Below, piece by piece: positions 9,776 through 21,429 of a DNA stretch of 64,000 nt. Position numbers and translations under genes: made by a program. Each line of letters opens with the position of its first letter. Position 1 is the first letter of the stretch. The notes below the pieces were generated by a model. That model was given only the letters and a program-made list of their open reading frames with translations. It was not told the DNA's origin and ran no database searches. The stretch is from an uncultured Chloroflexia bacterium (lineage in GTDB: Bacteria; Chloroflexota; Anaerolineae; Anaerolineales; UBA4823): NCBI GenBank assembly GCA_963793095.1, contig CAWBYY010000004.1, positions 195,479 to 259,478 on the forward strand. The letters are read 5' to 3'.

Positions 9776-9815
9776 TACTCACTGTGGTTCTTTTTTGGGC
9801 AGTGAGTATTTTTTA
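9776..9815 (+). terminator. Intrinsic terminator of ssrA
   Basis: TACTCACTG ... CAGTGAGTA stem followed by TTTTTTATTT. Confidence 0.7.
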
Positions 9816-9855
9816 TTTAAACAGTTTTTATGTATGCAATGTCTAATTAAATATC

Positions 9856-11064
9856 TTAAATAATGCCAATCTTTTTACCCGCTTCTTCAATATCATTCAT
9901 AGCCTTGGAAATATCCTCAGGATCATGAGCAGCTGTGATGGTTGCCCTCAATCTTGCCAACCCTGGTGGTACAGCCGGGGAAACAACAGGCAAAACAAAT
10001 GAACCTTTGTGCTGTACTTCCCTGGTCATACTGTAAGCATTTTCATCACTTCCGCATACAATCGGGACAATTGCTGTTTCTGTAAGAAGGGTATCAAAGC
10101 CTCTTTCCTTTACTCCAGATATAAACTGATTTGTATTTGTATTCAGTTTTTCAACCCTCCATGGTTCATCCATAATTACTTTGAAGGCTTCATTTGCTGC
10201 AGCTGCCTGTGCAGGCGGTAGAGCCGCCGAAAATATATATGCCCGGCTGGTATGGCGAAGATATTCGATCAGGTCTCTCTTACCAGCAACATACCCGCCA
10301 ACCGAAGGGATCGTCTTGCTTAAGGTACCCATTTTTACATCGATTACACCTTCCAGTCCAAAGTGTTCTTCAATTCCGCGACCATTTTTTCCCAGTACGC
10401 CTACAGAATGGGCTTCATCGATCATTATCCAGGCGCTATACTTGTTGCAGATATCGACCAGTTTTGGAAAATCAATAATATCCCCATCCATGCTGAACAC
10501 AGAATCTGCCACAACAAGCTTTGTCGCCTCAGAAGGAATCTTTTCAAGCCTCTTTTCCAATGCATCCATATCATTATGTGTAAACCTGACAAATTTCGCT
10601 CCGGACATGATGCATCCATCGACAATACTTGCATGGTTAAGCTTGTCACAGATCACATAATCGCCGCGGCCCAGAAGTGTTGAAATAACAGTTAAATTTG
10701 TGGCATATCCAGAAGAGTAAGTCACAGCATCTTCTGTACCCTTGAATTCTGCAATCGTTTCTTCCAGTTCCTGGTGAATTGTTAGTGAGCCTGCCAGTAA
10801 ACGGACACCATGGGTTCCTGTCCCATATTTATCCAATGCATCTTTTGCGGCCGCGTTTATCCTCGGATGGCCAACAAGGCCAAGATAACTGTAAGATGCA
10901 TACATCCCCATTTCCCGCCCATTTACAATCACTCTAGAACCTCCCCTGAGTTCTGAAATTGGCTGGTTATAAAAATATAAATCGTTCTTCCGGATTTGTT
11001 CCACCCTATTTTTCATAAATAAAACCCGCTGGGTTATCATATCTTTTTCGTTACTGAAATCCAT
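9856..11064 (-). CDS. PLP-dependent alpha-oxoamine synthase family acyltransferase (BioF/Kbl/serine palmitoyltransferase-like)
   Basis: GTHGVRLLAGS, DEAHSVGVLG and the GTLSK PLP-lysine motif; 402 aa. Confidence 0.8.
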   Translation of the reverse strand: MDFSNEKDMITQRVLFMKNRVEQIRKNDLYFYNQPISELRGGSRVIVNGREMGMYASYSYLGLVGHPRINAAAKDALDKYGTGTHGVRLLAGSLTIHQELEETIAEFKGTEDAVTYSSGYATNLTVISTLLGRGDYVICDKLNHASIVDGCIMSGAKFVRFTHNDMDALEKRLEKIPSEATKLVVADSVFSMDGDIIDFPKLVDICNKYSAWIMIDEAHSVGVLGKNGRGIEEHFGLEGVIDVKMGTLSKTIPSVGGYVAGKRDLIEYLRHTSRAYIFSAALPPAQAAAANEAFKVIMDEPWRVEKLNTNTNQFISGVKERGFDTLLTETAIVPIVCGSDENAYSMTREVQHKGSFVLPVVSPAVPPGLARLRATITAAHDPEDISKAMNDIEEAGKKIGII

Positions 11065-11109
11065 TGCCTTCTCCCTAGTTCTTATCTCATTTTCAGAAAT
11101 TTGGTTGTA

Positions 11110-13161
<2,052 letters not shown>

Positions 13162-13182
13162 TCAAACAACTTGTGGTTTCAG

Positions 13183-14124
13183 CTAATTATCCAGGGCTAT
13201 ATTTTTAGAAGTAAGCGCCTTTCCTTGAAATGAAATTGCAAATAATAATACAAAAAGAATCCAGAGCAGGTCTGCAAAAAATAGGTGAACTATTTGCATC
13301 CACACCGGCGCTAAAAGAAGTAGATTCAATAAACCTGCAAGTAATTGAAGTACTACGATAAATATCAAAATTAATGAAAAACGTTTGATCCATAATTCTT
13401 CGTAAAACATTCTCAACAATAAACCGATAGACATTAAATAAAACCCAACTATCACCGCCAGAATAGGATGCCATACTCGCAATCGGACCAGAAAATGGGC
13501 TGAGGGGGAAAAATCCACTCGAATCCCTTCCATTAACGATTCTGATCTGAATAAGGTATCCCCCAATGCAGTTACAGCCCCACTTATCCCAATTAAAATA
13601 ATTCCGATGAATCCGATTGAATAAATGACAATTAACAAATTTCTATTCTTAATCGAAACAGCGGTATTCGTTGAAGCCCACCAGCTTGTCAGCGTTAAAC
13701 ATGCCAGCAAAATAAATGTATTTATTAAATGTAAAGAAATAGATATCACCCGTCCGGAAGACATATCCCCTGCTACCCACTCAAAAATAACCAATCCCGC
13801 CCCAACAAGGGCTTCGGTGATAATAAAGATCATTGATAGCAGCGCACCTTTACGAATAATATGCCCCTTTGGATATTTTCGGTAGGCCCAGACCAGCAAT
13901 ATCAAAACCAGAATCAATGCGAATCCTGATGTCAATCGATGGATGAATTCGATGATGGTTTCTAATTGTGGTGTGCGGGGAATAACAACACCATTGCATA
14001 GGGGCCAATGGCTTCCACAACCCGCTCCGGAACCAGTTGCCCGTACATATGCCCCCCATAGGATAACTCCCATATTGTATGCCAGCACAAACCAGGAAAA
14101 TTTCGTAAACCGATTTAATCTCAT
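13183..14124 (-). CDS. ctaA: Heme A synthase (COX15/CtaA family)
   Basis: Multi-pass membrane protein with GAYVRATGSGAGCGSHWPLCNG and HR motifs. Confidence 0.8.
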   Translation of the reverse strand: MRLNRFTKFSWFVLAYNMGVILWGAYVRATGSGAGCGSHWPLCNGVVIPRTPQLETIIEFIHRLTSGFALILVLILLVWAYRKYPKGHIIRKGALLSMIFIITEALVGAGLVIFEWVAGDMSSGRVISISLHLINTFILLACLTLTSWWASTNTAVSIKNRNLLIVIYSIGFIGIILIGISGAVTALGDTLFRSESLMEGIRVDFSPSAHFLVRLRVWHPILAVIVGFYLMSIGLLLRMFYEELWIKRFSLILIFIVVLQLLAGLLNLLLLAPVWMQIVHLFFADLLWILFVLLFAISFQGKALTSKNIALDN

Positions 14125-14139
14125 AGATAATTTTTCCTA

Positions 14140-14952
14140 CTATGTATCTTGAAATAATTTCGACTGGATTGGAAATCTGTAGTCAGCTGGATGAAATCCA
14201 GCGATTTTTTTGAATTCAATCGCAGTTTGTGGAGAAAATCCAGAGTAGTCATTATTGAAATAACCGTAAATGCTCATTATTCCTGCATTTAATTCGTTCA
14301 ACCTCTTAAACCATTCATTTAATTCTGTCTGCCTCTCGATCGATACTTTTGTAAAATTACTGAATGTCCCGTGTTTCCCTATCCAACGAATATATAGAAA
14401 GTCAGTTGTTGGATAGATTTTATTCGGCACACCTGGATATTCAGTAGCAGCCCAGCATATATCATAGTTTCTCAGGAGATCGACTAATTTTGGAGTCTGG
14501 GTATTTTTATCGAATTCAAACCATAATTTATTACGTACTTCAAGCGCATATCGGGTGCCAACTGGTAGTGATTTTAAAAATTGATCCAAAGTCTCAATCA
14601 ATTCCACGCTGAAAAATGGCGGCATTTGTATAAGAATGATCCCAAGTTTTTGACCTAATATGTGAACCGCATCAATAAATTTATTTGTTTCGTATTCAAC
14701 ATTCTTCAAACCTGAATCGTGGGTGATCGAACGAGGCATTTTTAAACTGATCTGGAATCCTGAAGGTGTGCTTGATTTCCAACGTAATAAAGTACTGCTA
14801 TTTGGTGTGCCATAGAAGGTTGAATCTATTTCAACGCTGTTAAAAAAACGGCTATAATAACTTAATAATCTATCCTGGTTTATCCCACTTGGATAGAAAA
14901 CACCAATCCAGTCTTGGAAACTGAACCCCATTGTCCCGATAAACCAATTCAT
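14140..14952 (-). CDS. DUF72 family protein
   Basis: IGTMGFSFQDWIGVFYP...YYSRFFNSVEIDSTFYG pattern. Start moved to MNWFIG, because the longest ORF start overlaps the divergent gene's ATG. Confidence 0.75.
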   Translation of the reverse strand: MNWFIGTMGFSFQDWIGVFYPSGINQDRLLSYYSRFFNSVEIDSTFYGTPNSSTLLRWKSSTPSGFQISLKMPRSITHDSGLKNVEYETNKFIDAVHILGQKLGIILIQMPPFFSVELIETLDQFLKSLPVGTRYALEVRNKLWFEFDKNTQTPKLVDLLRNYDICWAATEYPGVPNKIYPTTDFLYIRWIGKHGTFSNFTKVSIERQTELNEWFKRLNELNAGIMSIYGYFNNDYSGFSPQTAIEFKKIAGFHPADYRFPIQSKLFQDT

Positions 14953-14971
14953 ACTTTCTGATGGAGAATTC

Positions 14972-15220
14972 ATGCTTGATGAGAAAATTGTATTTTACGG
15001 AGTAAATTGGTGCTGGCAGAGCCGGCGCGCCCGCCGGTTCCTGGATAAGAATAATGTACCATACAAATTTGTGAATATTGACAAAGATACGGAAGGCGAA
15101 ATGTTTGTAATTAAAACAAACCAAGGAATGAGAAGCGTCCCAACCATTGTTTTTGAGGATGGCTGCATTTTAGTTGAACCAACTAACTCCCAGATCGCAG
15201 AAAAGTTAAATCTATTATAG
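14972..15220 (+). CDS. Glutaredoxin-like protein (CxxS active site)
   Basis: 82 aa thioredoxin fold with IVFYGVNWCWQSRRARRFL and SVPTIVF motifs. Confidence 0.7.
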   Translation: MLDEKIVFYGVNWCWQSRRARRFLDKNNVPYKFVNIDKDTEGEMFVIKTNQGMRSVPTIVFEDGCILVEPTNSQIAEKLNLL

Positions 15221-15267
15221 ATATTTTAGATTTTGAATATACATTACTCGTCAGCAGGTTAATCCTT

Positions 15268-15544
15268 ATGGCAGATACTATTCTGGTCGTTGAAGATGAT
15301 CAAACACTTGAAAGAAACGCTTGTCTACAACCTCGATAAACAAGGTTATAAGGTTCTGTCCAGTGCTGATGGTAAATCCGCCATCGACATGGCGCGTGAA
15401 AATAAACCAGGCTTGATTGTTCTGAATATTATGCTGCCAATCATTGATGGTTTTGAAGTCTGCCGGGTTCTTCGCCAAGAAATGAATGTACCAATATTGA
15501 TGCTCACCGCAAAAGACGAAGAAATTGACCGGGTAATTGGATAG
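15268..15544 (+). pseudogene. Remnant of an OmpR/PhoB-type response regulator (receiver domain only, frameshifted and truncated)
   Basis: MADTILVVEDD reads in one frame. After an AAA run near 15315 the sequence continues as ETLVYNLDKQGYKV...LMLTAKDEEIDRVIG in another frame. The phospho-acceptor position reads LNIMLP (Asn instead of Asp). There is no DNA-binding domain. Confidence 0.7.
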
Positions 15545-15573
15545 GATAAAACATAGTTGCAACAATCGATATT

Positions 15574-16041
15574 ATGCAGCCAATAATGGCTTACGATTTG
15601 TGGTTGATTAAATCCATACTGGAAGTTGATTCTGAATTTGAACGATTGGATGATTATAGAAAAATTATTTCTAAGATTTACTTAATAATTAGTACTCAAC
15701 CCCGTATTAAACCACTGATTGATATCCCTCCTATGGCTGATTTAATTATTAATATAATCCGCAGGGCGATAGGTGCTTATGTAAATCGAGATGGAGAGAC
15801 TACTCTTCTGAACCCTATAGATGTTCATAAAATGGATGCACTGGATAACCAAGTGTATCGCGCCTAAAAATTGTAATTTTTTCCAATCTAGACATAATAG
15901 ATCGGGAAAATATCCTGTATTGGCTGCCCATCACCCGGTATGTCTGATTGAACGGGTTATCAACATTTTAAGAGATTGATCTCTGTAATATCTGGTAATC
16001 TAACGTTGTTAACTGCATCGAATGATGAATTATACAATTGA
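15574..16041 (+). pseudogene. Decayed phoU paralog lacking the N-terminal third, with in-frame stop codons
   Basis: QPIMAYDLWLIKSILEV...PLIDIPPMADL...ALDNQVYR aligns with residues from about 72 onward of the intact PhoU at 20682. The tail (KRLISVISGNLTLLTASNDE) is still recognisable across several stop codons. Confidence 0.75.
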
Positions 16042-16186
16042 TAAAGAATAATCGTCACCAAATTTTCATAAATATTCATTAAATCTTGTTGATAACTAGG
16101 TTCTAAATTTTCTTAACATCAATAGAAAATCATTAGAAAATATTTCATCTTTTCTATTAGAAATTTTGTCCTCATATGTAATTGTT

Positions 16187-16955
16187 TCATCCGACACGGC
16201 CGGTGATATAACTTTCTGTTGTTTCCTTTTTCTGGCCGGGTGAATAATTTTTCAGTATTTGAAAATTCAATTAATTCCCCTAACCAGAATAATCCGGTGA
16301 AATCAGATACCCTTGCTGCCTGCTCCATGTTGTGGGTAACAATAATCACAGTGAATCTTTTCTTAAGATCGTCAATCAATTCCTCAAGTGTTGCCGTCGC
16401 CATTGGGTCCAATGCTGAGGCAGGCTCGTCCATTAATATCACTTCCGGTTGAACTGCAACAACCCTCGCAACACACAATCTTTGCTGCTGCCCGAGGGAT
16501 AGGCTGAGAGCATTTTCGTTCAGAATATCTTTCACTTCCTTCCATAAACCAACGCTTTTTAAGCTAAATTCGACCAATTCTTTCAGCTTGTTTCTGTTGG
16601 ACACTAACCCCAATCTCCGGGGTCCATAAGCCACATTTTCAAATATTGATTTTGTGAATGGATTAGGTTTTTGAAAAACCATCCCTACTCTTTGCCGTAA
16701 GTTCGGCAGGTTGATATCTGGATCGTAAATATTCTTCCCATCAAGCAATATTTTCCCTGAAAGCGAGGTGTTTGGGATTGTATCGTTCATACGGTTTAAG
16801 CATCTGAGAAAAGTTGATTTTCCACACCCGGATGGACCAATCAATGCAGTAACCTGGTTTTTAAAAATATTAATATTAATGCCGCTAAGAGCTTTGTTTT
16901 CCCCGTAATAAAAACATAAATCTTCAATAATAAATTTTAAATCCTTATTTATCAT
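16187..16955 (-). CDS. pstB: Phosphate ABC transporter ATP-binding protein PstB (canonical copy) with a C-terminal frameshift as sequenced
   Basis: Walker [35 protein letters not shown]. The canonical ending [10 protein letters not shown]-stop (stop at 16187-16189) is in the +1 frame after an A5 run (16227-16231). The as-sequenced ORF instead runs on to 16119. Confidence 0.85.
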
Positions 16956-17017
16956 AAAAAGAATTTTACTAGATAATCAATTTTACATACCAGGACAAAC
17001 ACACTTTTGCCTATTAC

Positions 17018-17046
17018 TTGTCTTGCATTTTGTTTATAGATATAAT
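17018..17046 (+). promoter_or_regulatory. Putative pstS promoter TTGTCT-N17-TATAAT
   Basis: The -10 ends 7 nt before the pstS ATG (17054) and no Shine-Dalgarno sequence is present, so the transcript may be leaderless. Confidence 0.35.
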
Positions 17047-17053
17047 CGCACAG

Positions 17054-17947
17054 ATGGATAAATTGAGAATTTGCTTTATCCTGGTTGTTACACTGATAAT
17101 TTGGGGTTGTTCCGATCCCAGCAAAAATGCTGGGAATATTAATTCAGGCACATCAGATATATATATTGAGAATAAAGGCTCAGACACGATTGTAAATCTT
17201 GCGCTAGCCTGGGCTGAAGCGTACCATTTAATCCATCCAGAAATCAACATTTCCGTGACAGGTGGAGGTTCAGGTACTGGTATTGCGGCTTTAATTAATG
17301 GAACAGTGGATATCGCCAACGCTTCGAGAAAAATCAAAGACGAAGAATTTCAAAATGCAAATGATAATGGTGTAGAACCTGTTGAGCATGTAATAGCAAA
17401 AGATGCCATTGCCGTAATTGTAAATCAATCGAATCCCATAAAAAAACTTACCCTGCAACAAATTTCAGATATATACTCAGGAAAAATTGATAATTGGAAA
17501 GAAATTGGTGGGTTCGATCGCCCAATAGTACTCCTTTCCCGTGAGACTAATTCAGGAACGCATGTATATTTTCTGGAAGAAGTTCTGAGGCTCGGTGATA
17601 ATAATAACAAGACACTCTTCGCACGTGAAACTCTTCTCCTCCCTTCTTCAGAAGGTATAAGCTCTGAAATACGGTTAAATCCTAATGCCATTGGATATGA
17701 TGGATTGGGATACGTAACCCCTGATCTAAAAGTAATCGCAATTTCTGAAAATGAGGTTAATGGATACATCTATCCCACCCAGGAATCGGTGTTAAACAAT
17801 ACATATCCGATAGCGCGTGATCTTTATATGTATACCAATGGTTATCCGTCAGGTGCGATAAAGGAATATATCGATTGGATTTTTACTCCTGAAGCTCAAA
17901 ACATCGTTTCTGAACTTGGATTTGTACCAATAACAAATCCCAGATAG
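17054..17947 (+). CDS. pstS: Phosphate ABC transporter substrate-binding lipoprotein PstS
   Basis: Signal peptide with a lipobox (LIIWGC) and PBP motifs (GSDTIVNLA, GGGSGTGIAAL, SRETNSGT). Confidence 0.85.
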   Translation: MDKLRICFILVVTLIIWGCSDPSKNAGNINSGTSDIYIENKGSDTIVNLALAWAEAYHLIHPEINISVTGGGSGTGIAALINGTVDIANASRKIKDEEFQNANDNGVEPVEHVIAKDAIAVIVNQSNPIKKLTLQQISDIYSGKIDNWKEIGGFDRPIVLLSRETNSGTHVYFLEEVLRLGDNNNKTLFARETLLLPSSEGISSEIRLNPNAIGYDGLGYVTPDLKVIAISENEVNGYIYPTQESVLNNTYPIARDLYMYTNGYPSGAIKEYIDWIFTPEAQNIVSELGFVPITNPR

Positions 17948-18069
17948 ATGATTTTCACAATTAAATTTCTTCAATTTTTGGGAATTGACTTGATCAGAAG
18001 AAAGTTCTAATTCAACGTTTATTAGTAAAAATAAACGGATTACACCCAAATATTCGTTGAGAAAAGACA

Positions 18070-18966
18070 ATGAGAAAAAACAGCTATATTTTTGAATTTT
18101 TTATTACCCGGTTAATTAAGTTCACGGGTTATTCAGCAATAATCTTTGTAATTTTGATTTTTTTCTTTTTGGTCAATGAAGGATTGCCAACTTTTTTCCA
18201 AGTTCAATTCAGTTCGCTCTTTAGTAACCGTTGGTATCCAATCGAGGAGTATTTCGGTATATTCCCTCTAATTAGTGGATCTCTGGTTGTTACAGTGGGA
18301 GCGACAATAATTGCAATACCAGTTGGGTTGTGTACGGCAGTTTTCATATCCGAAATTGCTCCTGGTTGGGCAAGAGATATTCTCAAACCCTCTTTCGAAA
18401 TCTTAGGAGGTATCCCTTCTGTCGTCCTTGGTTTTCTGGGAATAATTATTCTTTCTCCATACCTAAGAGAATTATTTAATTTACCCACCGGACTTTCAGC
18501 GTTTACTGGTTCGATTTTACTGGCAGCGATGTCCCTCCCAACAATCGTATCAATTGCAGACGATTCGCTGGATGCAATTCCCCGTTCATATAGAAATGCG
18601 TCGATAGCCCTCGGGGCTACAGACTGGCAAACAATCTGGCACGTCACAGTTCCTGCAGCGCGCTCGGGTATTCTTACTGCCTTTATGCTGGGGATTGGAA
18701 GGACAATCGGAGAAACCATGACAGTTATGATGGTTACTGGTAATGCGCCTGTTTCATTTAAAGGATTAAACTCTTTCTTTTTCCCTGTCAGGACTATGAC
18801 TGCAACGATCGCCGCTGAAATGGGGGAAGTGGCTACCGGAAGTGTGCATTACCATGTCTTATTTTTCGTGGGATTGATCCTCTTTTTGTTTTCTCTTTTT
18901 ATCAATCTCGCTGCTTCGGCTGTGGTTTTCAGACAGAGTAAACGATCTGAACGATTATTATCTTAA
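18070..18966 (+). CDS. pstC: Phosphate ABC transporter permease PstC
   Basis: Multi-pass permease with an EAA-like loop (ALGATDWQTIWHVTVPAA). Confidence 0.85.
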   Translation: MRKNSYIFEFFITRLIKFTGYSAIIFVILIFFFLVNEGLPTFFQVQFSSLFSNRWYPIEEYFGIFPLISGSLVVTVGATIIAIPVGLCTAVFISEIAPGWARDILKPSFEILGGIPSVVLGFLGIIILSPYLRELFNLPTGLSAFTGSILLAAMSLPTIVSIADDSLDAIPRSYRNASIALGATDWQTIWHVTVPAARSGILTAFMLGIGRTIGETMTVMMVTGNAPVSFKGLNSFFFPVRTMTATIAAEMGEVATGSVHYHVLFFVGLILFLFSLFINLAASAVVFRQSKRSERLLS

Positions 18967-18992
18967 TTTTATACACTTGGAATCGATAATTA

Positions 18993-19865
18993 ATGATAAG
19001 AGAATATTTATCAACGCCTAGGATCAGACTCGGAATCCAGCGTTTCGGTTATATATTTCTCACACTAATCGCTGCAGCCACGTTGATCCCGGTTTTAGCT
19101 ATCGTAGTTCATATTTTTATCGAGGGGATTTCTACAATAACATGGGATTTCCTTACAGGTTATCCCAGGGATGGGATGCGAGCTGGCGGTATCTTCCCTG
19201 CAATAATTGGAACTCTATTGTTGACAATAGGAACAGCATTGTTTTCTATTCCGATTAGTCTCGGTGCTGCAATTTATCTTGCTGAATACGCACCCGATAA
19301 CCGCTGGACCAGAATGATCAGGATCGCAATAATAAATTTAGCAGGGATACCATCAGTAGTTTATGGATTATTTGGATTAGGCCTTTTTGTTATTTTTCTA
19401 CAATTTGGTACAAGCATATTGGCTGGTTGTCTTACACTTTCTATTATGACTTTACCGGTTTTTATCAGCACAGCTGAAGAGGCTATGCGAACGGTTCCAA
19501 GATCTTTCCGAGTTGTCAGCATTTCTTTAGGCGCCAGCCAATGGCAGACTATTAGGCGTATTGTCCTTCCTCAAGCACAACCTGGAATTTTAACTGGTAT
19601 CATCCTTGGTTTAGAAAGAGCAGTTGGTGAAACAGCGCCAATATTATTTACCACGGCAGCATTTTTCCTGCCTCAATTGCCAAATTCTCCTTTTGATGCA
19701 ACTATGGCCCTACCTTATCATCTGTTTGTGATTTCTACCCAAATTCCCGGAATGCCATTAAATCTTCAATATGGAACTGCTCTTGTATTGCTGTTATTCA
19801 TCCTTGGTATGAATATTCTCGCTACAATCATCAGGTCAAAAGCACGTGCCAAGCGCCAATGGTGA
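18993..19865 (+). CDS. pstA: Phosphate ABC transporter permease PstA
   Basis: SLGASQWQTIRRIVLPQA loop; position in the operon. Confidence 0.85.
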   Translation: MIREYLSTPRIRLGIQRFGYIFLTLIAAATLIPVLAIVVHIFIEGISTITWDFLTGYPRDGMRAGGIFPAIIGTLLLTIGTALFSIPISLGAAIYLAEYAPDNRWTRMIRIAIINLAGIPSVVYGLFGLGLFVIFLQFGTSILAGCLTLSIMTLPVFISTAEEAMRTVPRSFRVVSISLGASQWQTIRRIVLPQAQPGILTGIILGLERAVGETAPILFTTAAFFLPQLPNSPFDATMALPYHLFVISTQIPGMPLNLQYGTALVLLLFILGMNILATIIRSKARAKRQW

Positions 19866-19882
19866 CTGAATAAATTGCTATT

Positions 19883-20653
19883 ATGGAAAAACTAATAATT
19901 GAGGGGTTAAATCTTAAATATTCAGATGGCGTGGAAGCTTTACGCAATGTTAATATGAAAATTCCAGCCAACAGAATTACAGTAATTTTCGGACCTTCGG
20001 GTGGTGGAAAATCATCATTATTACGTGTAATTAATCGGTTAAACGATTTAACTGATGTCGCTAGTGTAACAGGAAAAGTAATGTTGGCGGACGAATATAA
20101 TCAACTCACAAATATTTTAGATCCGAATATAAATGTCATCAACTTACGCAGAAGGATCGGTATGGTTTTCGCAAGACCTGTGGTTCTTCCCCTGGATATT
20201 CGCAGCAATATCACATTTAGCCTGGAAATGTCAGGAGTCAAGGAAAAGAATAGGCTTGATACGAGCGTTGAATCGGTTCTAAGGCAAGCAGCCTTGTGGG
20301 ATGAAGTCAAATCGCGTTTAGATGAACCTGCCATTGCGCTCTCAGGTGGTCAACAACAACGCCTCTGCTTAGCTCGCAGTCTAGCTCTCGAACCAGAGTT
20401 GATTCTTCTTGATGAACCAACCTCCGGTCTGGACCCCATATCTACAGGATATATAGAAGCCACGTTACAGACTTTAAAGCAACAATATACAATAATATTG
20501 GTTCCCCATTCAGTTCAGCAAGCAGCACGAACTGCAGATTATGCCGCATACTTTTTACAGGGTGAATTAATTGAACATGGTCCTGGCGATAATCTCTTTA
20601 TTAATCCTCAGGATGAACGTACATCTAATTATATTGAAGGTCGTTTTGGATAA
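19883..20653 (+). CDS. pstB: Phosphate ABC transporter ATP-binding protein, divergent second PstB
   Basis: GPSGGGKSS, LSGGQQQRLCLAR, LLDEPTSGLDP, C-terminal YIEGRFG. Clearly more diverged than the copy at 16187-16955. Confidence 0.8.
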   Translation: MEKLIIEGLNLKYSDGVEALRNVNMKIPANRITVIFGPSGGGKSSLLRVINRLNDLTDVASVTGKVMLADEYNQLTNILDPNINVINLRRRIGMVFARPVVLPLDIRSNITFSLEMSGVKEKNRLDTSVESVLRQAALWDEVKSRLDEPAIALSGGQQQRLCLARSLALEPELILLDEPTSGLDPISTGYIEATLQTLKQQYTIILVPHSVQQAARTADYAAYFLQGELIEHGPGDNLFINPQDERTSNYIEGRFG

Positions 20654-20681
20654 TTAAAGAAAGTTTCTCAGGAGGTAATTA

Positions 20682-21374
20682 ATGTCCTCAAGAGTTCAAT
20701 TGGATAAAAAGATCCGCCATTTACTGGACGAAATCTTGATAATGAACAGTATGGTAGAAAATGCAACTCTGGAAGCCATAAACGCATTAAAAAACCGCGA
20801 TACTGATCTGGCGTTGAACGTTTATAGGAACGATAGTATGATCAATGATAAACGTTTTAAATTAGAAAATGACATTATTGTCACCATCGCAACGGTCCAA
20901 CCTATTATGGCGGGAGATTTACGTTTAATAGCTTCAATCTTGGAAATTGTTGGCGAGCTAGAAAGGATGGGCGATTATGCAAAAGGCATCGCTAAGATCT
21001 GCCTGAAAATCGGATCTCAGCCCCATGTAAAACCGCTTATTGACATTCCCCGAATGGCAGATATAGCGGTAGATATGCTGCACAGAGCAATCGGAGCATT
21101 TGTAGAACAGGATTCCGAGACAGCCAGTTTAATTCCCCAAGATGATCAACAAGTGGATGCTTTATACAACCAGGTGTATCGTGAGCTTGTAACCGTGATG
21201 TTGGCTAATCCTGCAACAATAGACCGTGCTAATATGCTCATGTGGGCTGCCCATAACCTCGAACGAATGGCTGACCGTGTTACTAACATTTGCGAGAGGA
21301 CCATTTTCGTTGCAACAGGTGACCTTATAGAACTAGCCGCATCCGATGATGAATTTAAAATTGATGAAGAATAA
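20682..21374 (+). CDS. phoU: Phosphate signalling complex protein PhoU
   Basis: Two PhoU repeats (ELERMGDYAKGIA and NLERMADRVTNICE). Confidence 0.9.
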   Translation: MSSRVQLDKKIRHLLDEILIMNSMVENATLEAINALKNRDTDLALNVYRNDSMINDKRFKLENDIIVTIATVQPIMAGDLRLIASILEIVGELERMGDYAKGIAKICLKIGSQPHVKPLIDIPRMADIAVDMLHRAIGAFVEQDSETASLIPQDDQQVDALYNQVYRELVTVMLANPATIDRANMLMWAAHNLERMADRVTNICERTIFVATGDLIELAASDDEFKIDEE

Positions 21375-21398
21375 CCATTCCTTCCTAAATTCTATTAG

Positions 21399-21429
21399 TC
21401 TGTGCATTATCTTATGCACAGATTTTTTT
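21399..21429 (+). terminator. Intrinsic terminator after phoU
   Basis: TCTGTGCAT-TATCTT-ATGCACAGA followed by T7. Confidence 0.7.

Noticed and set aside
10181-10660. Long plus-strand ORFs (10009-10683) inside the alpha-oxoamine synthase gene. Similar antisense ORFs occur at 11498-11965, 17014-17337, 18204-18719, 40790-41182, 45132-45548 and 50537-51013.
   Set aside because: They lie antisense to strongly supported conserved genes and have low-complexity or Ser/Pro/Arg-biased composition with no recognisable motifs. These are typical shadow ORFs.
16962-16986. The direct repeat AATTTTAC as a Pho box.
   Set aside because: The 17-bp spacing does not match the roughly 11-bp periodicity of known PhoB/PhoP boxes. 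There are only two copies in AT-rich DNA. It is kept only as a weak note.
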